IMG/VR virus record: IMGVR_UViG_3300027963_000035
Span: 62,001 to 126,000 of that record
Direction: 5' to 3' (one strand)
DNA length: 64,000 bases
Shown here in pieces: positions 9,007 through 19,585 of the stretch. The notes beneath the pieces were generated by a model that saw only the letters and a program-made list of their open reading frames with translations, was not told the origin of the DNA and made no database searches. The position numbers were made by a program, and so were the translations under genes. Every line of letters begins with the position of its first letter. Position 1 is the stretch's first letter.

Positions 9007-11355
9007 TTAATATATGGTAGAAAGCCATTGTTTTCCACTTGGTCTATTACCTATATATTTGAAAGTTAAGTCTATATCGTTGAATTTAATGAATGAATTT
9101 TCGCTATAGTCATAACTTATATATGCATTATGATCCTCATCGCTCGAAGCTAATAAGGTTTGTTTTTGGTCATCAAAGCCAGAGACATTCACATCTTGCA
9201 TACTTCTAAATTGATTAGAATTAGTTCCGGGGCCGCCTGTTATCCAAACATTTGTGTTGGAATTAAATACTCCCACACTACCGGAGTTATTAAACAGGAA
9301 TATCCCGTTAGTCATATTTAATAATTCTCCCTCAGCCTTGGTGGGGCCAGATAGGTCATTTATTTTCTTGATTCCTGTTACTTCATTGACCGTCGTGCCG
9401 GATGTTTTGTAAAATCCTCTGAATCTAAAAAATGTTCCTTGATCTTGATTTCTTAAGATATACCCAGCCCCATCCTTCCAAACAGACCTATAACAACTAT
9501 AGTATTCTTTTGATGCTGGATTTAAGGTGGTTGTGGTGGCTCCAGTATTCCATAAATCAAATATTGAGTTGGCCTTAAGTTCCTCGGCTCCATTTGAATA
9601 TGTTAAATCCGTGTAACTGCTCAGTGATTTGTTTGCTAAAGACAACTTTTGAACAGTCGTGTTTGTTTGAACCGATTTAGGATCAGACAAACCAAACAGG
9701 AAATACAAAGAAGTTTTTGAAGATAAACCAACCCAATTCCATTGTCTGTTTATCTCCGAATTAGCAGACCCCAAAACAGATAAAGATGAATAACAATCTG
9801 TAAAACCTGAATAATTTTGAAGTTTAATTTTTTCTTTGCTAATTGGTTCTGCCGCACCTCGGCCTGTAGACCAATAAACTATGCCAGATGATCCATCGCC
9901 CGACAACACCGCATCAGATTTTGAAAAACCATTATTTCTATTAAATTCTCTTATCTTTCTACATTTCTCTGATCGATAGTAATCGGGATCGGTGCAGGTT
10001 ATATAATTATTATTTCTTATAAAACTATCATCTATTTTTTCTATACTCTTAGTCGATAAAGTTTTAAAAGTTTCGCTAATTAATCCAAATTCATGAGGTG
10101 TTATTGAGTTTGATCCATTATTTATAGTCCACAACCACATATTTAATTTTTCTACAACATCTACTTGATTCTCAAGAGTTGTTATTCTGTAGTTTCCGAA
10201 CTTTGTGTCTACTCTTAATATTACGTCATACAATCCGCCCACACTAAATACTGCTCTTGTAACATTTGAGTTGAAGTGGTTGAGATCATCTGCTATTGAC
10301 CAAGTATAATTTGTTATATCATCATTTGCCTTGGCCCCAGCGTTTGTGACTTGGACATCAATTGGAACGTTGACAGGGGTTCTAAGGTTATTGTTAAAAA
10401 TAAATTGTGTTAATTTTGGAACAAAGATAATTTCGGCTTCATCTGGACAAGCTTCTTTTACATTGATTAATTTATCAAAAACTACTGTATCCTCACCAAA
10501 ATCATTTTCAACTTTAAGAGCGACTGTGTAAATTCCAGGATTGCAATAAATGTATTGTTTTACTTGATTATCAGCGACCGTAAGTCCATCGATTATGGTT
10601 TCGTAGGATAAGGTTTCTTCTGAATCATAATAAAAATCCATATTATTTAATGTTACATCTTTGTCATCACTTGCTTTGTTTATTGGAGCTCCATAGTCAT
10701 TCACTGTGGGTTTTAAATTAAAATACCAAGTGTGCTTTAGTCTCTCGCTAGATCCGTCCGTCCCTAGTCTGAAACTAAGATCGGTAAAATTTACAATCAA
10801 GCCTTTTTTGTTCTGACATTTATCACTTGAAATTGGGGATAAAACTCCGAGTCTTTTATCTACGCTAAACCATGCTTTTGGAATTAAAACTATGCTTCTT
10901 AGATAATTAATTCTTTCCTCTATAGTGCCTGTTAACGGCATTTCCGCCTTGGATCCCTGCAATCCAGCAAATTTTTCTATTGCTATAATAGAATCTTTTA
11001 ACGTATTGTGGTGCTGTGCCATCACATTTTGTGTTACATTAGTTAAATCTTTGTATTTTGCTACACTCTTGAATCCTGGGATTATTTTTATTCCTTCGAA
11101 TGTGGTTGTGGTTTTAGACGTGTATGTAAAAGATATTGCTCTTTCTTCTGGATTAGAGCATTGATCTGTTAATGTTATTATGCCACCGCCTTCTGCAGAC
11201 CCAGGGAATTTAGACATTACGCTGGCGTTCTCATACACAGTGATAGTTGTATCTCCTGGGTTATAGTCCTCAGCGAGTTTTAACCTCAAATAGTCGTGGA
11301 CAACATAAAGGTTTTGATTGTTGTCAAAATCATATGGGTAATTGCTTAGAGTCAT
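9007..11355 (-). CDS. Putative virion structural protein with PKD-like domains
   Basis: VMAQHHNTLKDSIIAIEKFAG motif; YCNPGIYTVALKVEN and FSVGGLYDVILRV PKD-like strands; inside the tail operon. Confidence 0.6.
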   Translation of the reverse strand: MTLSNYPYDFDNNQNLYVVHDYLRLKLAEDYNPGDTTITVYENASVMSKFPGSAEGGGIITLTDQCSNPEERAISFTYTSKTTTTFEGIKIIPGFKSVAKYKDLTNVTQNVMAQHHNTLKDSIIAIEKFAGLQGSKAEMPLTGTIEERINYLRSIVLIPKAWFSVDKRLGVLSPISSDKCQNKKGLIVNFTDLSFRLGTDGSSERLKHTWYFNLKPTVNDYGAPINKASDDKDVTLNNMDFYYDSEETLSYETIIDGLTVADNQVKQYIYCNPGIYTVALKVENDFGEDTVVFDKLINVKEACPDEAEIIFVPKLTQFIFNNNLRTPVNVPIDVQVTNAGAKANDDITNYTWSIADDLNHFNSNVTRAVFSVGGLYDVILRVDTKFGNYRITTLENQVDVVEKLNMWLWTINNGSNSITPHEFGLISETFKTLSTKSIEKIDDSFIRNNNYITCTDPDYYRSEKCRKIREFNRNNGFSKSDAVLSGDGSSGIVYWSTGRGAAEPISKEKIKLQNYSGFTDCYSSLSVLGSANSEINRQWNWVGLSSKTSLYFLFGLSDPKSVQTNTTVQKLSLANKSLSSYTDLTYSNGAEELKANSIFDLWNTGATTTTLNPASKEYYSCYRSVWKDGAGYILRNQDQGTFFRFRGFYKTSGTTVNEVTGIKKINDLSGPTKAEGELLNMTNGIFLFNNSGSVGVFNSNTNVWITGGPGTNSNQFRSMQDVNVSGFDDQKQTLLASSDEDHNAYISYDYSENSFIKFNDIDLTFKYIGNRPSGKQWLSTIY

Positions 11356-12789
11356 TTATATTATTTCTATTGTATTTTCTTTTTTGAGAAAGGCCTTTTT
11401 AATTACTTGATTTTTATACAAAACGAAAACGCTGGGTTGTGGTTGAGAGTATTGTTTTTCGTAAATAAAGTATGCAACATGTATGTTTGGATCAATTTCT
11501 CTGTAATTAAGAACGGAATCATTTTCAATCGCACCTATTTTTGCATTACTAACATTGAAGCCTGATAGATTTGCACTGGAGCCTCCGGCTATAGTAGCTA
11601 TAATTTCTGTTCTGTATATTGGAGTGGCTCCGTTTAGATCACAATGTGTTGAAATTTTTTCATCAACCTGCTCAGTATTTGTAGCTGTATCTGTGTAAAG
11701 TATGCCATACTTAATACTATTAATATTCATTGTGTAACAATTAGGCGGCTTCGCAGGGTCGCTATTATTAACAACTAATGCCAACTTCTTACCTTCAAAA
11801 TTATTTTTAACATTTTTTCCGTTTATGATGATTTTATAATTACCCCCAGAAGATAAAGAACCAGAACATTTATGCATTCTTTTGATCAACCTACCAGGTG
11901 AATTAAAGTTCCAATATCTCTCTTGTATGTCTCCGTCTGTTTGATCTATGAACTCAAAAATTGTAGGACCATACCCAGTGTTGGTGTTTAAATAATTTGC
12001 TATTATACCGCCTGATAGGTTGTCTGGTCTAGGATTGTTTATTAAAGATATGTAGAAAAATGGTTGTTTCTCTTCATTTGAAACCAAAACATAGTTGCTC
12101 TTGGTCATTATCGCTTGGCCACCCAACACACTCACAACAGTCAATTCTACACTATAAGAACCCTCTGTTACATAATGGTGTATTGGATTTTTCTCTGTAG
12201 ATGTTGTGCCATCTCCAAAATCCCAAAAATATCTAACTAGTGGCCCCGTGCTAAAATTTTGGAATGTTACAGATAATGGAGGAGCGCCACTTGTTGGATA
12301 TGCTCTGAATAATGGTTTTGGTGTTAAAAATCTATTTTCTTGAGTTTTTAGTATTCCATTAAGAGATATTGGATCTGGACTTTCTATTAATCCCAAATTT
12401 GTCTCTATCTTCATTATTGCATCTTTTACTGCATTATGATGCTCGGCACTAACAGTATTTCCAACTTTAGCGTTTATGTCCCACTGATTCTGCCTTGATC
12501 CTGCAAAACCACGAACTAAGTCTTTAAAGGTGTTTGCAGTTTTTGATCCATAATAAATTAATTCACCTTGTTTATCATTGTCTCCGCTTATTTTAATTAT
12601 TCCCTTGCTCGGAAAGCTGGATGTGTCGCCAACAATTACTCGAGTGCCGGAATAACTTAGACTCTGAGTTAACTTTGTCTCGGCATTATTCCTAACCTCG
12701 TACAGACTCTCCCTGCCATCCAGTGCTTCTGGATATAGTGATAAATCTCCTGTCTGGTAACCGTCTCTTAAGCTATCAATTCTCGCCAT
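11356..12789 (-). CDS. Putative virion structural protein with PKD domain
   Basis: Clear PKD domain GAPPLSVTFQNFS...YFWDFGDGTTSTEKNPIHHY...GSYSVELTV; VSAEHHNAVKDAIMKIETNLG motif. Confidence 0.7.
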   Translation of the reverse strand: MARIDSLRDGYQTGDLSLYPEALDGRESLYEVRNNAETKLTQSLSYSGTRVIVGDTSSFPSKGIIKISGDNDKQGELIYYGSKTANTFKDLVRGFAGSRQNQWDINAKVGNTVSAEHHNAVKDAIMKIETNLGLIESPDPISLNGILKTQENRFLTPKPLFRAYPTSGAPPLSVTFQNFSTGPLVRYFWDFGDGTTSTEKNPIHHYVTEGSYSVELTVVSVLGGQAIMTKSNYVLVSNEEKQPFFYISLINNPRPDNLSGGIIANYLNTNTGYGPTIFEFIDQTDGDIQERYWNFNSPGRLIKRMHKCSGSLSSGGNYKIIINGKNVKNNFEGKKLALVVNNSDPAKPPNCYTMNINSIKYGILYTDTATNTEQVDEKISTHCDLNGATPIYRTEIIATIAGGSSANLSGFNVSNAKIGAIENDSVLNYREIDPNIHVAYFIYEKQYSQPQPSVFVLYKNQVIKKAFLKKENTIEII

Positions 12790-13444
12790 TATTACCTATC
12801 TTTTCTTGAAACCCTTCTTTTATTTTTAACATGTTACTCTGTAGATAGTTAAGTTTGTTTAAAACTTGTTGTTTAATTGGGACATCATCCGGTAGAGATA
12901 GTGCTGTTTCAACAAGATCTATATCTACATTATTTTGAAGCAATATTTTCAAATTAATTTTTTCTAAAAGTTTAGTACCCCAATATTCTTTTTGTGAATC
13001 TAAGTCGTCAAAGTATTTTAAAGGTTCTGTTTTTTCTATATTCTCAAACGTTTGAATAAAGAACTCACACTCCTCCTCGGTATCCTTTTTCTTGCTCAAT
13101 AGTGATTGCACATTGTTTGAAATATTTGATATATTTCTCTTGATTTGTCTTTTCTTGATTTCTAATTCTCGTAAATCAAGTTCATCTTTTATTTCTTTTT
13201 CTTTACTATCTATTCTTAATAAACTAATATTGTATATCTCCAGATTATCTTTTTCCTCCTCTAACTGGAGATCTACGCTATTTAAAATCTCTTGTCTGGC
13301 CTTTAATTCCCGCAGACACTGCCACATTTTAGCTTGATTTGTGGGTTCTTTTCCAATTAGAAAATATTTCAATTGAAAATAACTGTGCCGAGAGACTACA
13401 TCGTTTTTCAAGAGTTCAGATACTTTTTCTTTTATTTCTGGCAT
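12776..13444 (-). CDS. Hypothetical coiled-coil protein in the tail operon
   Basis: 222-aa ORF, heptad-rich E/K/L composition, AGGAG SD upstream. Confidence 0.6.
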   Translation of the reverse strand: MPEIKEKVSELLKNDVVSRHSYFQLKYFLIGKEPTNQAKMWQCLRELKARQEILNSVDLQLEEEKDNLEIYNISLLRIDSKEKEIKDELDLRELEIKKRQIKRNISNISNNVQSLLSKKKDTEEECEFFIQTFENIEKTEPLKYFDDLDSQKEYWGTKLLEKINLKILLQNNVDIDLVETALSLPDDVPIKQQVLNKLNYLQSNMLKIKEGFQEKIGNNGEN

Positions 13445-13500
13445 TTTTATTTACTCCTAATAGGTATTCTATTATAGTAAAAATGCTAGAACATTGCATT

Positions 13501-15780
13501 TCAAGAAGAAGTTACTATTATGCTGCCGTGCATATTAAAACTATTTTCTGATATATAGTAATAAGTCCCTGGTTCGGATGGCACCCAGGTTATGGTTCCA
13601 TCATCTGTTCCGTTATTATTGATGCCTATTAAATCCGAACCAGAACCAGTAACATCATACTTTTTCAACCATACTGGGTGTCCAGAAGTTGAAATATTTA
13701 GTATTATTGCATCGCCAACCAAGACATTTATTGATAAATTATTCCCAGATAATACCCCATTATTATCTTTACCATTTAGCACATAAGCTGTGCCGGGGAT
13801 GGAGGTAATGTTTACATAGAATGCGTGTGGTCCTGGTCCTTGATTTTGTGGATCCCCGCCTGTTTCTCTTATCTGTCTTGTTTTTGGGCCAAATATGTAG
13901 GGATATGCGGGTGTATTTAAGTCTTCGCTTACAAATGTTAAGAAGTAAGCATATGTGCCATTTGGATATTCTGGCGTCACACAGTATCTTCCATTATACT
14001 CATCTAGGTATGGATTTGGCATGTAGTCTGCTTGGATATAATTATAATCTTCTATAAAAGAGCCCGAAGGATATTCATCGTAAGAGTAACCACGTCCAGA
14101 TTTCTCGGTCGTAGATGTTCTATAGGAGGATAACATTTGCACTACATTGCTGGAGGCGGACATTGAATTAGAATAGCCGTATGGACCATAAATAGGATAT
14201 CCATCAAAGCAGAATCCTACTATTTTTGAATGTCCGTTTCCGTGTCTAAAATGATCTCCCTGGTAGGTGCTTCCACTATAATAGGTATTTTTTCCGTAAA
14301 ACTTATTGACACTCCAACAATTTTTCAAGAATGATCCATCACGATAACTATACATTCCTTCTTCATTTGGACTACCACCACATTCATCAACACCAAATAA
14401 AGAGCTGTTGAGAACAGCATTAAATTGGTATCCCGTTCCTGGTAGGTCGGTCCCCCCGGGCAGTGATCCATACCCTGCAGATGGATTTAATAAAACAACT
14501 CCGTTTACTGTGACTCCCATTGCGCCCAAGCTTGTATCTTGGGGATTTTCCGAGTTATTCAAACCTCCCCTATAAGTAAACAAGAAATTGTGTGTTTGAT
14601 CAGCTATGCTGTTTGAATTCGAGAAGGTTCTAGAAATTAAACCATCATTGAATAATGGATTCCCGGCCAATGCTGGATAAGGGTCCCCATCACTAATTAT
14701 TTGTATCCTATTTCCCGCTGTTATTATATCTGTTATGCTCGGATAATTGCCGGCAACATCCGAGACAGATATTGAATTTAAATTAAATGGCGATAAAGTT
14801 GTTGTGGTCGGCGTCAAAGTTGTGGTGGTCACAGGCCGAGCTGTTGTGGTTGTTGCCGACTGCATTATTTCTATTTCATAGTCTACAAAAATTTTATCAT
14901 AACTTGATAAGGTTGAGGAAAGCATGAATTTTGCTTCATCATTCATCTCTGTGAAATACAAGTTATTCCATTGCGTATTTGGAGCTTTTAATTGTGGCGG
15001 CTGAGTTGTTACCGTGGAGCTAAATGCAGGATAATATATTCCGTCTGAAGCTGAACAATTCTGTGAGCACGATGGTATTCTGACTCCGTTAACATATACT
15101 CTTAAGGTATCTTTTTTGAATTCTTGAATGCCAGATATTTGATATTCTCCGTTTGCAAAAACAGGAGCAACTTCATAAAAATGTTTGTGATCAGTGGCAT
15201 TATTGAGTATGGGTTTAATTACTATGTTTTCATCGGAGGGATTGCTAATTTCCCAATAAATTCCATATGAGTCTTGGAATTCTATCATTCCTCCATCCAC
15301 CGGGGTACTCATGCCTGGAAATTGGAATGTTATATTATTGGCATCGGCAGTTATTTGTGAAAGCTTATCTCTCTCTGCTCTTAACATAACCACGAAATCT
15401 GGTGATGAATTTAAAGTATAACCTAAAGAATTATATTCATCCATTTCTTCTTGTGTTATCTGCTTACTTCCATTTGAGTGGTGTGCTATACTGTGATTGG
15501 CTTGATCTATTGCTCCTGGTTTTAAGTTTCCGTCCTTTTCCAAAGATTGATCTAGTCTCAAAGGGAGACTACCTGAATCACCGGCACCTTCTCTTAGTAT
15601 TTGTGAATTCTGGTTGATCTGACCAGACATTATCTGATCCCTCATCACTAGAGTTTTAATTGGCTTGTTGTCAAAGTCGTAATGATATGGATCATTTGGT
15701 TGATATAATGGAACTCCATAGGCTTCCAAAGAAGGAGGTACAGGTGGTCTTGCTATTGGGGCTATTGTTGTAGTTGGCAT
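13501..15780 (-). CDS. YHYH-domain protein with Thr-rich linker and C-terminal cupredoxin-like domain
   Basis: GVTVNGVVLLNP, FGVDECGG, HSKIVGFCFDGYPIYGPYG, LDEYNGR...TPEYPNGTYAYF are YHYH-family motifs; GHPVWLK...GTITWVP..PGTYYY...M.G.I is the cupredoxin-like tail. Confidence 0.72.
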   Translation of the reverse strand: MPTTTIAPIARPPVPPSLEAYGVPLYQPNDPYHYDFDNKPIKTLVMRDQIMSGQINQNSQILREGAGDSGSLPLRLDQSLEKDGNLKPGAIDQANHSIAHHSNGSKQITQEEMDEYNSLGYTLNSSPDFVVMLRAERDKLSQITADANNITFQFPGMSTPVDGGMIEFQDSYGIYWEISNPSDENIVIKPILNNATDHKHFYEVAPVFANGEYQISGIQEFKKDTLRVYVNGVRIPSCSQNCSASDGIYYPAFSSTVTTQPPQLKAPNTQWNNLYFTEMNDEAKFMLSSTLSSYDKIFVDYEIEIMQSATTTTARPVTTTTLTPTTTTLSPFNLNSISVSDVAGNYPSITDIITAGNRIQIISDGDPYPALAGNPLFNDGLISRTFSNSNSIADQTHNFLFTYRGGLNNSENPQDTSLGAMGVTVNGVVLLNPSAGYGSLPGGTDLPGTGYQFNAVLNSSLFGVDECGGSPNEEGMYSYRDGSFLKNCWSVNKFYGKNTYYSGSTYQGDHFRHGNGHSKIVGFCFDGYPIYGPYGYSNSMSASSNVVQMLSSYRTSTTEKSGRGYSYDEYPSGSFIEDYNYIQADYMPNPYLDEYNGRYCVTPEYPNGTYAYFLTFVSEDLNTPAYPYIFGPKTRQIRETGGDPQNQGPGPHAFYVNITSIPGTAYVLNGKDNNGVLSGNNLSINVLVGDAIILNISTSGHPVWLKKYDVTGSGSDLIGINNNGTDDGTITWVPSEPGTYYYISENSFNMHGSIIVTSS

Positions 15781-15798
15781 AAAATTATATAGAATTAG

Positions 15799-16275
15799 TT
15801 AGATGAAATTAATGCGCCAATTCCAGGTTATTTGAATGTCTTTTGTTTTCATTAAATCTGGAAATGCTACCATGCTGTATAAACTCTCATTGGCCATTTC
15901 TAGTGCCATTTCATTTATGGTTTGTCCTATTGCGTCATCAAAAGTCAGTACAGATGTAAAAGTTGCTTGTGTCGGTATATTTGGATCGATACTGGATATT
16001 ATTGGCTTTGATATTACCTCGGATCCAAACAACGACGATCGTTCTGCATTAACAGTTCTTAATTTACCTTCAATCATACCGCCATTGCCAAATATTATTT
16101 TATTTATATAAAAAGGATAATATTGTCCACTAATCTCGTTTGCTAAACTCATAGCAAGGGCAGATTTCCCAGACCTTAATATTGTATTGTTTATTCTGTA
16201 TAGGACTTTATTTTTCTTCCTATCTTCTATAGAAACATCTATAAAGCCTTTTACTTTTTGTTCATTGTTAATCAT
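15799..16275 (-). CDS. Putative baseplate/tail-collar-like structural protein
   Basis: NTILRSG...INKIIFGNGG...TFTSVL...INEMAL pattern typical of tail-fibre attachment/collar modules; position directly after the baseplate wedge genes. Confidence 0.5.
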   Translation of the reverse strand: MINNEQKVKGFIDVSIEDRKKNKVLYRINNTILRSGKSALAMSLANEISGQYYPFYINKIIFGNGGMIEGKLRTVNAERSSLFGSEVISKPIISSIDPNIPTQATFTSVLTFDDAIGQTINEMALEMANESLYSMVAFPDLMKTKDIQITWNWRINFI

Positions 16276-19200
16276 AATTCTTTTCTTTCTTTTGTTCCGT
16301 CTAGATTTGTTATAATTATTTGAATGTCTTCACTTTGTTCCGAGAAATCTGCTGGGCCATTTTTTGAATTAGCTTGGGCACTTAAGTTCTGCTTATCAAA
16401 CTTTTCTATTATCTCGTTGCTTGTTCTATTTATTTTTAGTTCTACTTCTTTCATGGTATAGTCATCTACTATTGTGGAGCTGTTTTTTGTGTACTTGTAT
16501 ATACTAACATTATTCTGTATTCCGCTTGTGTCCTGAGTTCCAAAATTATCAAAGACGCCAGATAGACTCATTACTGTTGTGTCTATACCTTCATAATAGT
16601 TTATTTCAGATATAAAGTAGTAGTTTCCATTGGAATTTAAGTATAGGGCATAATCTTCTTTAAAAGAATCTTCGGATGTTGCTTCTTCGTCTTCATTCTT
16701 TATGTTCAACTCTCCCTTTAAATCTCCGCTAATTTTTGCAACTATTCCATTGTAACCAAAATAACCCGATTTCTTTTCTGCTAAATTTTGACGGAATTTT
16801 ACTTGTATGCCCCCCAAATTAGCCCCATAAAACCCAGTAATATAAACATAATTTTCTTCTATCGACGTAACTTTACATAAATTCTCTGTTGATCCACTAT
16901 TGAAACTTAAGAAGTTATTGTAATTCTTTAATATTGTTTTATTTGGTATATTTTCATCGAAAACAACCTTTGAATTATTGGTATATTTTATGTTGCATCT
17001 TGAGATTTTTGATGTTCCCTTTATTATTATCTCTTGATTTAATGAATTTACTATTCGATAATTAGATGAGAGATTGCCATTAATTATTAAATTATTATTA
17101 TTTAATAATAATTTATTTTGATTCATTATTTTGATTAAGTCAAAATAATGATCTTGATTATTTATAGTTAATTTTATTTTATGTATGTCTTCTAAGTTAT
17201 TAAAATTAACTGATGTATCTTCGAGTTCAATCACATCGCTTCGCTCCAAAGAAGCGTTGGAGCTAAATATTTCATTATAGATATCGAAAATAAATGGAGA
17301 ATTATTTATTGGTTCCATTAATAAGTCTCTTCGATCATCGACATTGATTTGATTTTTATTTCCGTCAACAACCCCATACACCCCAGAGTTTATAGAAGAG
17401 AAAACTTCAATGTAACAATCTTCCCCCACTGACAGAGAGCTAAAATTGACATCAGGACAAAACAAAACCTTATCTTTATTATAAAAATTAATTAATTCTG
17501 TTTTTACAAAACTCTTAGTTGTTAGATCGCTTCTTCCTACAACATTCTCTAAAAATTTATTTCTATTAAATAAAGTTGCCCCTCCTGCAACTGAAGACTC
17601 CAGGTAATTGTGTGTTATTAATATCTCGTATTCTTCTAAGGGAGGTGTAACAAATTCACTATTGTTTCCAAATATATTTATTGTTTTAAGAACCGAATGG
17701 AAAGGTGCATTTTCTGTGACTATGTCCTTTACTTCTAATAATCTGTCTGAGGATAGGTTCTCTATTTCTAGATCAACATCGAATTTACCTGACCTACAAT
17801 AAGAGCACGGGTCAATGAAGTCTTTATCTATGTCACAGGGATTTGAAGAGTCCCTTATGCTTCCGTTGTACTCTTCCATGTTATAAACATTTTCAGAATA
17901 CGGGAATTCTGTTCTTACTTTTCCAAAAACTAAATCTTCATGAAATGGATGTCGTTCAACTAATATAGAATCTATTAATGGATCATCTTCTCTTATTAAA
18001 CGAACATTCCAATTTTTAAGCGGATATTGCCTGAAGACTTGTGAATCTTTTAGTATATTATATTCTTCCCTATCGTCTGCGAGAGGAAGCGATTTTATAT
18101 ACCTCTCCAGACTTCTCTCTTTTTCATTTATTGGCTCTTTATGATAATATTCAAACCTTATTATGTCATCTGCTTCTAGTTTGTGTTGAGTTGATATCCA
18201 ATTTAATTGAAATGGATTATCGGTAGATATTTCTACACTTTCATTAAAATTTAAAGATATTTCAACTTTAGATGTTGATTTAATTAAAAATAAATCGGGC
18301 AAATAGTTTTGACCGACTGGATTTAATAGAATTTTTTTTGAAAGAACAAATGATTCTTTCATCTCTGGTGTGTAAAAAAAAGAGTCTATATGGAAATAAG
18401 GCGATTTTATCTGCCAAAAATTCACTAATCTTAATAGTTTCATCCCGGCTTGAGAAAATGATTCTCTCATAGCTTGTATGGATCCTTTTTTCTTAAAAAG
18501 GGGCACCGCTTCTTTTATCTGCCTTCTCCATAAAGTAGGATCTGAACTCTTCAGCTTGAGATCTAAAGTATTTCCAAGATAACTTAAAAGTGATTCGCTT
18601 ATTACATTTGCATCAAATAAATCCACTATCTGATTAGTTAAATCCTCTAAAAATGTAAAACCCTTTGCAACCGATTTATTAAAATTATCTAAAACGTCTG
18701 GCGTTCTATCCTCGTCCGCTATTAGTGTTTTAAACATTTCGGGTAGGTATCTATCTAGTAATTCCTCATATTTCCCCGGAATTGTCTGATGGCTAGGTAT
18801 GCTTGTGTTTAATATCGTTGATCCGTTTAAGTAAAATCTCTCATGAATAGAAAGGGAAGATGCCCCAGCATAAGGGGTCCAGGTATAACATATGAAATAA
18901 TCACCCTCTCTTTTTCCGGAGGGATTCCATGTATAATTAAAAAGTCCCTCTGAGCAATCATCTTTTACAATTAAAGATTTTTCTTGATCTGTTGAAAGCC
19001 AAGCAGGAAAAGTTTCACTTCCAACTATCTCAACTGGCGTTGCTTCTTTATAATAAAAAAAGTCGTTGCCGTTAGGCATTTTGTATTCATAGTTAATTAT
19101 TATCTTATATGAACCTGGATCCTTATTCCAAGTTAAACTAATTTCTCCTGTGTCTAGGTTCACACTTCCGCAATTAACTTTAAATTCAGGAGAAATTCTA

Positions 19201-19583
19201 CCTGTTCTTATATCTGTTAATATGAATCTATTTTTCTTATCTAATGTAAATGTGTTAACTATATTCAGATCCTTAAATATAGTTCCACTTAGAGTTCCGC
19301 TTATAATCGGGGAGTGCTCTGTCATAAACTTAATGACTTTTTCGCCCGACCCAACGCCAGATGTTATTGCTTTGTGAATTTCTCCTTGAATATAATCATG
19401 GTTATAGTAACTCTCAGCAGAATATTCTTTATTATCTGTGCTGGCGAAATCTCTTTCAATAAAATATATTTTTAGTGTATCTACTTTATAGGGATCTATT
19501 GTTTTATTATTGACATCTTTTGTGTTAAATGTAAATAATATTTCATCCGTCACAGAAGGATTTTGATCTATTGTTAATATCAT
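16272..19583 (-). CDS. Baseplate wedge protein, P2 gpI / T4 gp7-like
   Basis: LLDRYLPEMF...DLFDA...LLSYLG...WRRQIKEAVPLFKKKGS matches the gpI-type core; follows the gp6/J-like gene. Confidence 0.7.
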   Translation of the reverse strand: MILTIDQNPSVTDEILFTFNTKDVNNKTIDPYKVDTLKIYFIERDFASTDNKEYSAESYYNHDYIQGEIHKAITSGVGSGEKVIKFMTEHSPIISGTLSGTIFKDLNIVNTFTLDKKNRFILTDIRTGRISPEFKVNCGSVNLDTGEISLTWNKDPGSYKIIINYEYKMPNGNDFFYYKEATPVEIVGSETFPAWLSTDQEKSLIVKDDCSEGLFNYTWNPSGKREGDYFICYTWTPYAGASSLSIHERFYLNGSTILNTSIPSHQTIPGKYEELLDRYLPEMFKTLIADEDRTPDVLDNFNKSVAKGFTFLEDLTNQIVDLFDANVISESLLSYLGNTLDLKLKSSDPTLWRRQIKEAVPLFKKKGSIQAMRESFSQAGMKLLRLVNFWQIKSPYFHIDSFFYTPEMKESFVLSKKILLNPVGQNYLPDLFLIKSTSKVEISLNFNESVEISTDNPFQLNWISTQHKLEADDIIRFEYYHKEPINEKERSLERYIKSLPLADDREEYNILKDSQVFRQYPLKNWNVRLIREDDPLIDSILVERHPFHEDLVFGKVRTEFPYSENVYNMEEYNGSIRDSSNPCDIDKDFIDPCSYCRSGKFDVDLEIENLSSDRLLEVKDIVTENAPFHSVLKTINIFGNNSEFVTPPLEEYEILITHNYLESSVAGGATLFNRNKFLENVVGRSDLTTKSFVKTELINFYNKDKVLFCPDVNFSSLSVGEDCYIEVFSSINSGVYGVVDGNKNQINVDDRRDLLMEPINNSPFIFDIYNEIFSSNASLERSDVIELEDTSVNFNNLEDIHKIKLTINNQDHYFDLIKIMNQNKLLLNNNNLIINGNLSSNYRIVNSLNQEIIIKGTSKISRCNIKYTNNSKVVFDENIPNKTILKNYNNFLSFNSGSTENLCKVTSIEENYVYITGFYGANLGGIQVKFRQNLAEKKSGYFGYNGIVAKISGDLKGELNIKNEDEEATSEDSFKEDYALYLNSNGNYYFISEINYYEGIDTTVMSLSGVFDNFGTQDTSGIQNNVSIYKYTKNSSTIVDDYTMKEVELKINRTSNEIIEKFDKQNLSAQANSKNGPADFSEQSEDIQIIITNLDGTKERKEL

Positions 19584-19585
19584 GA

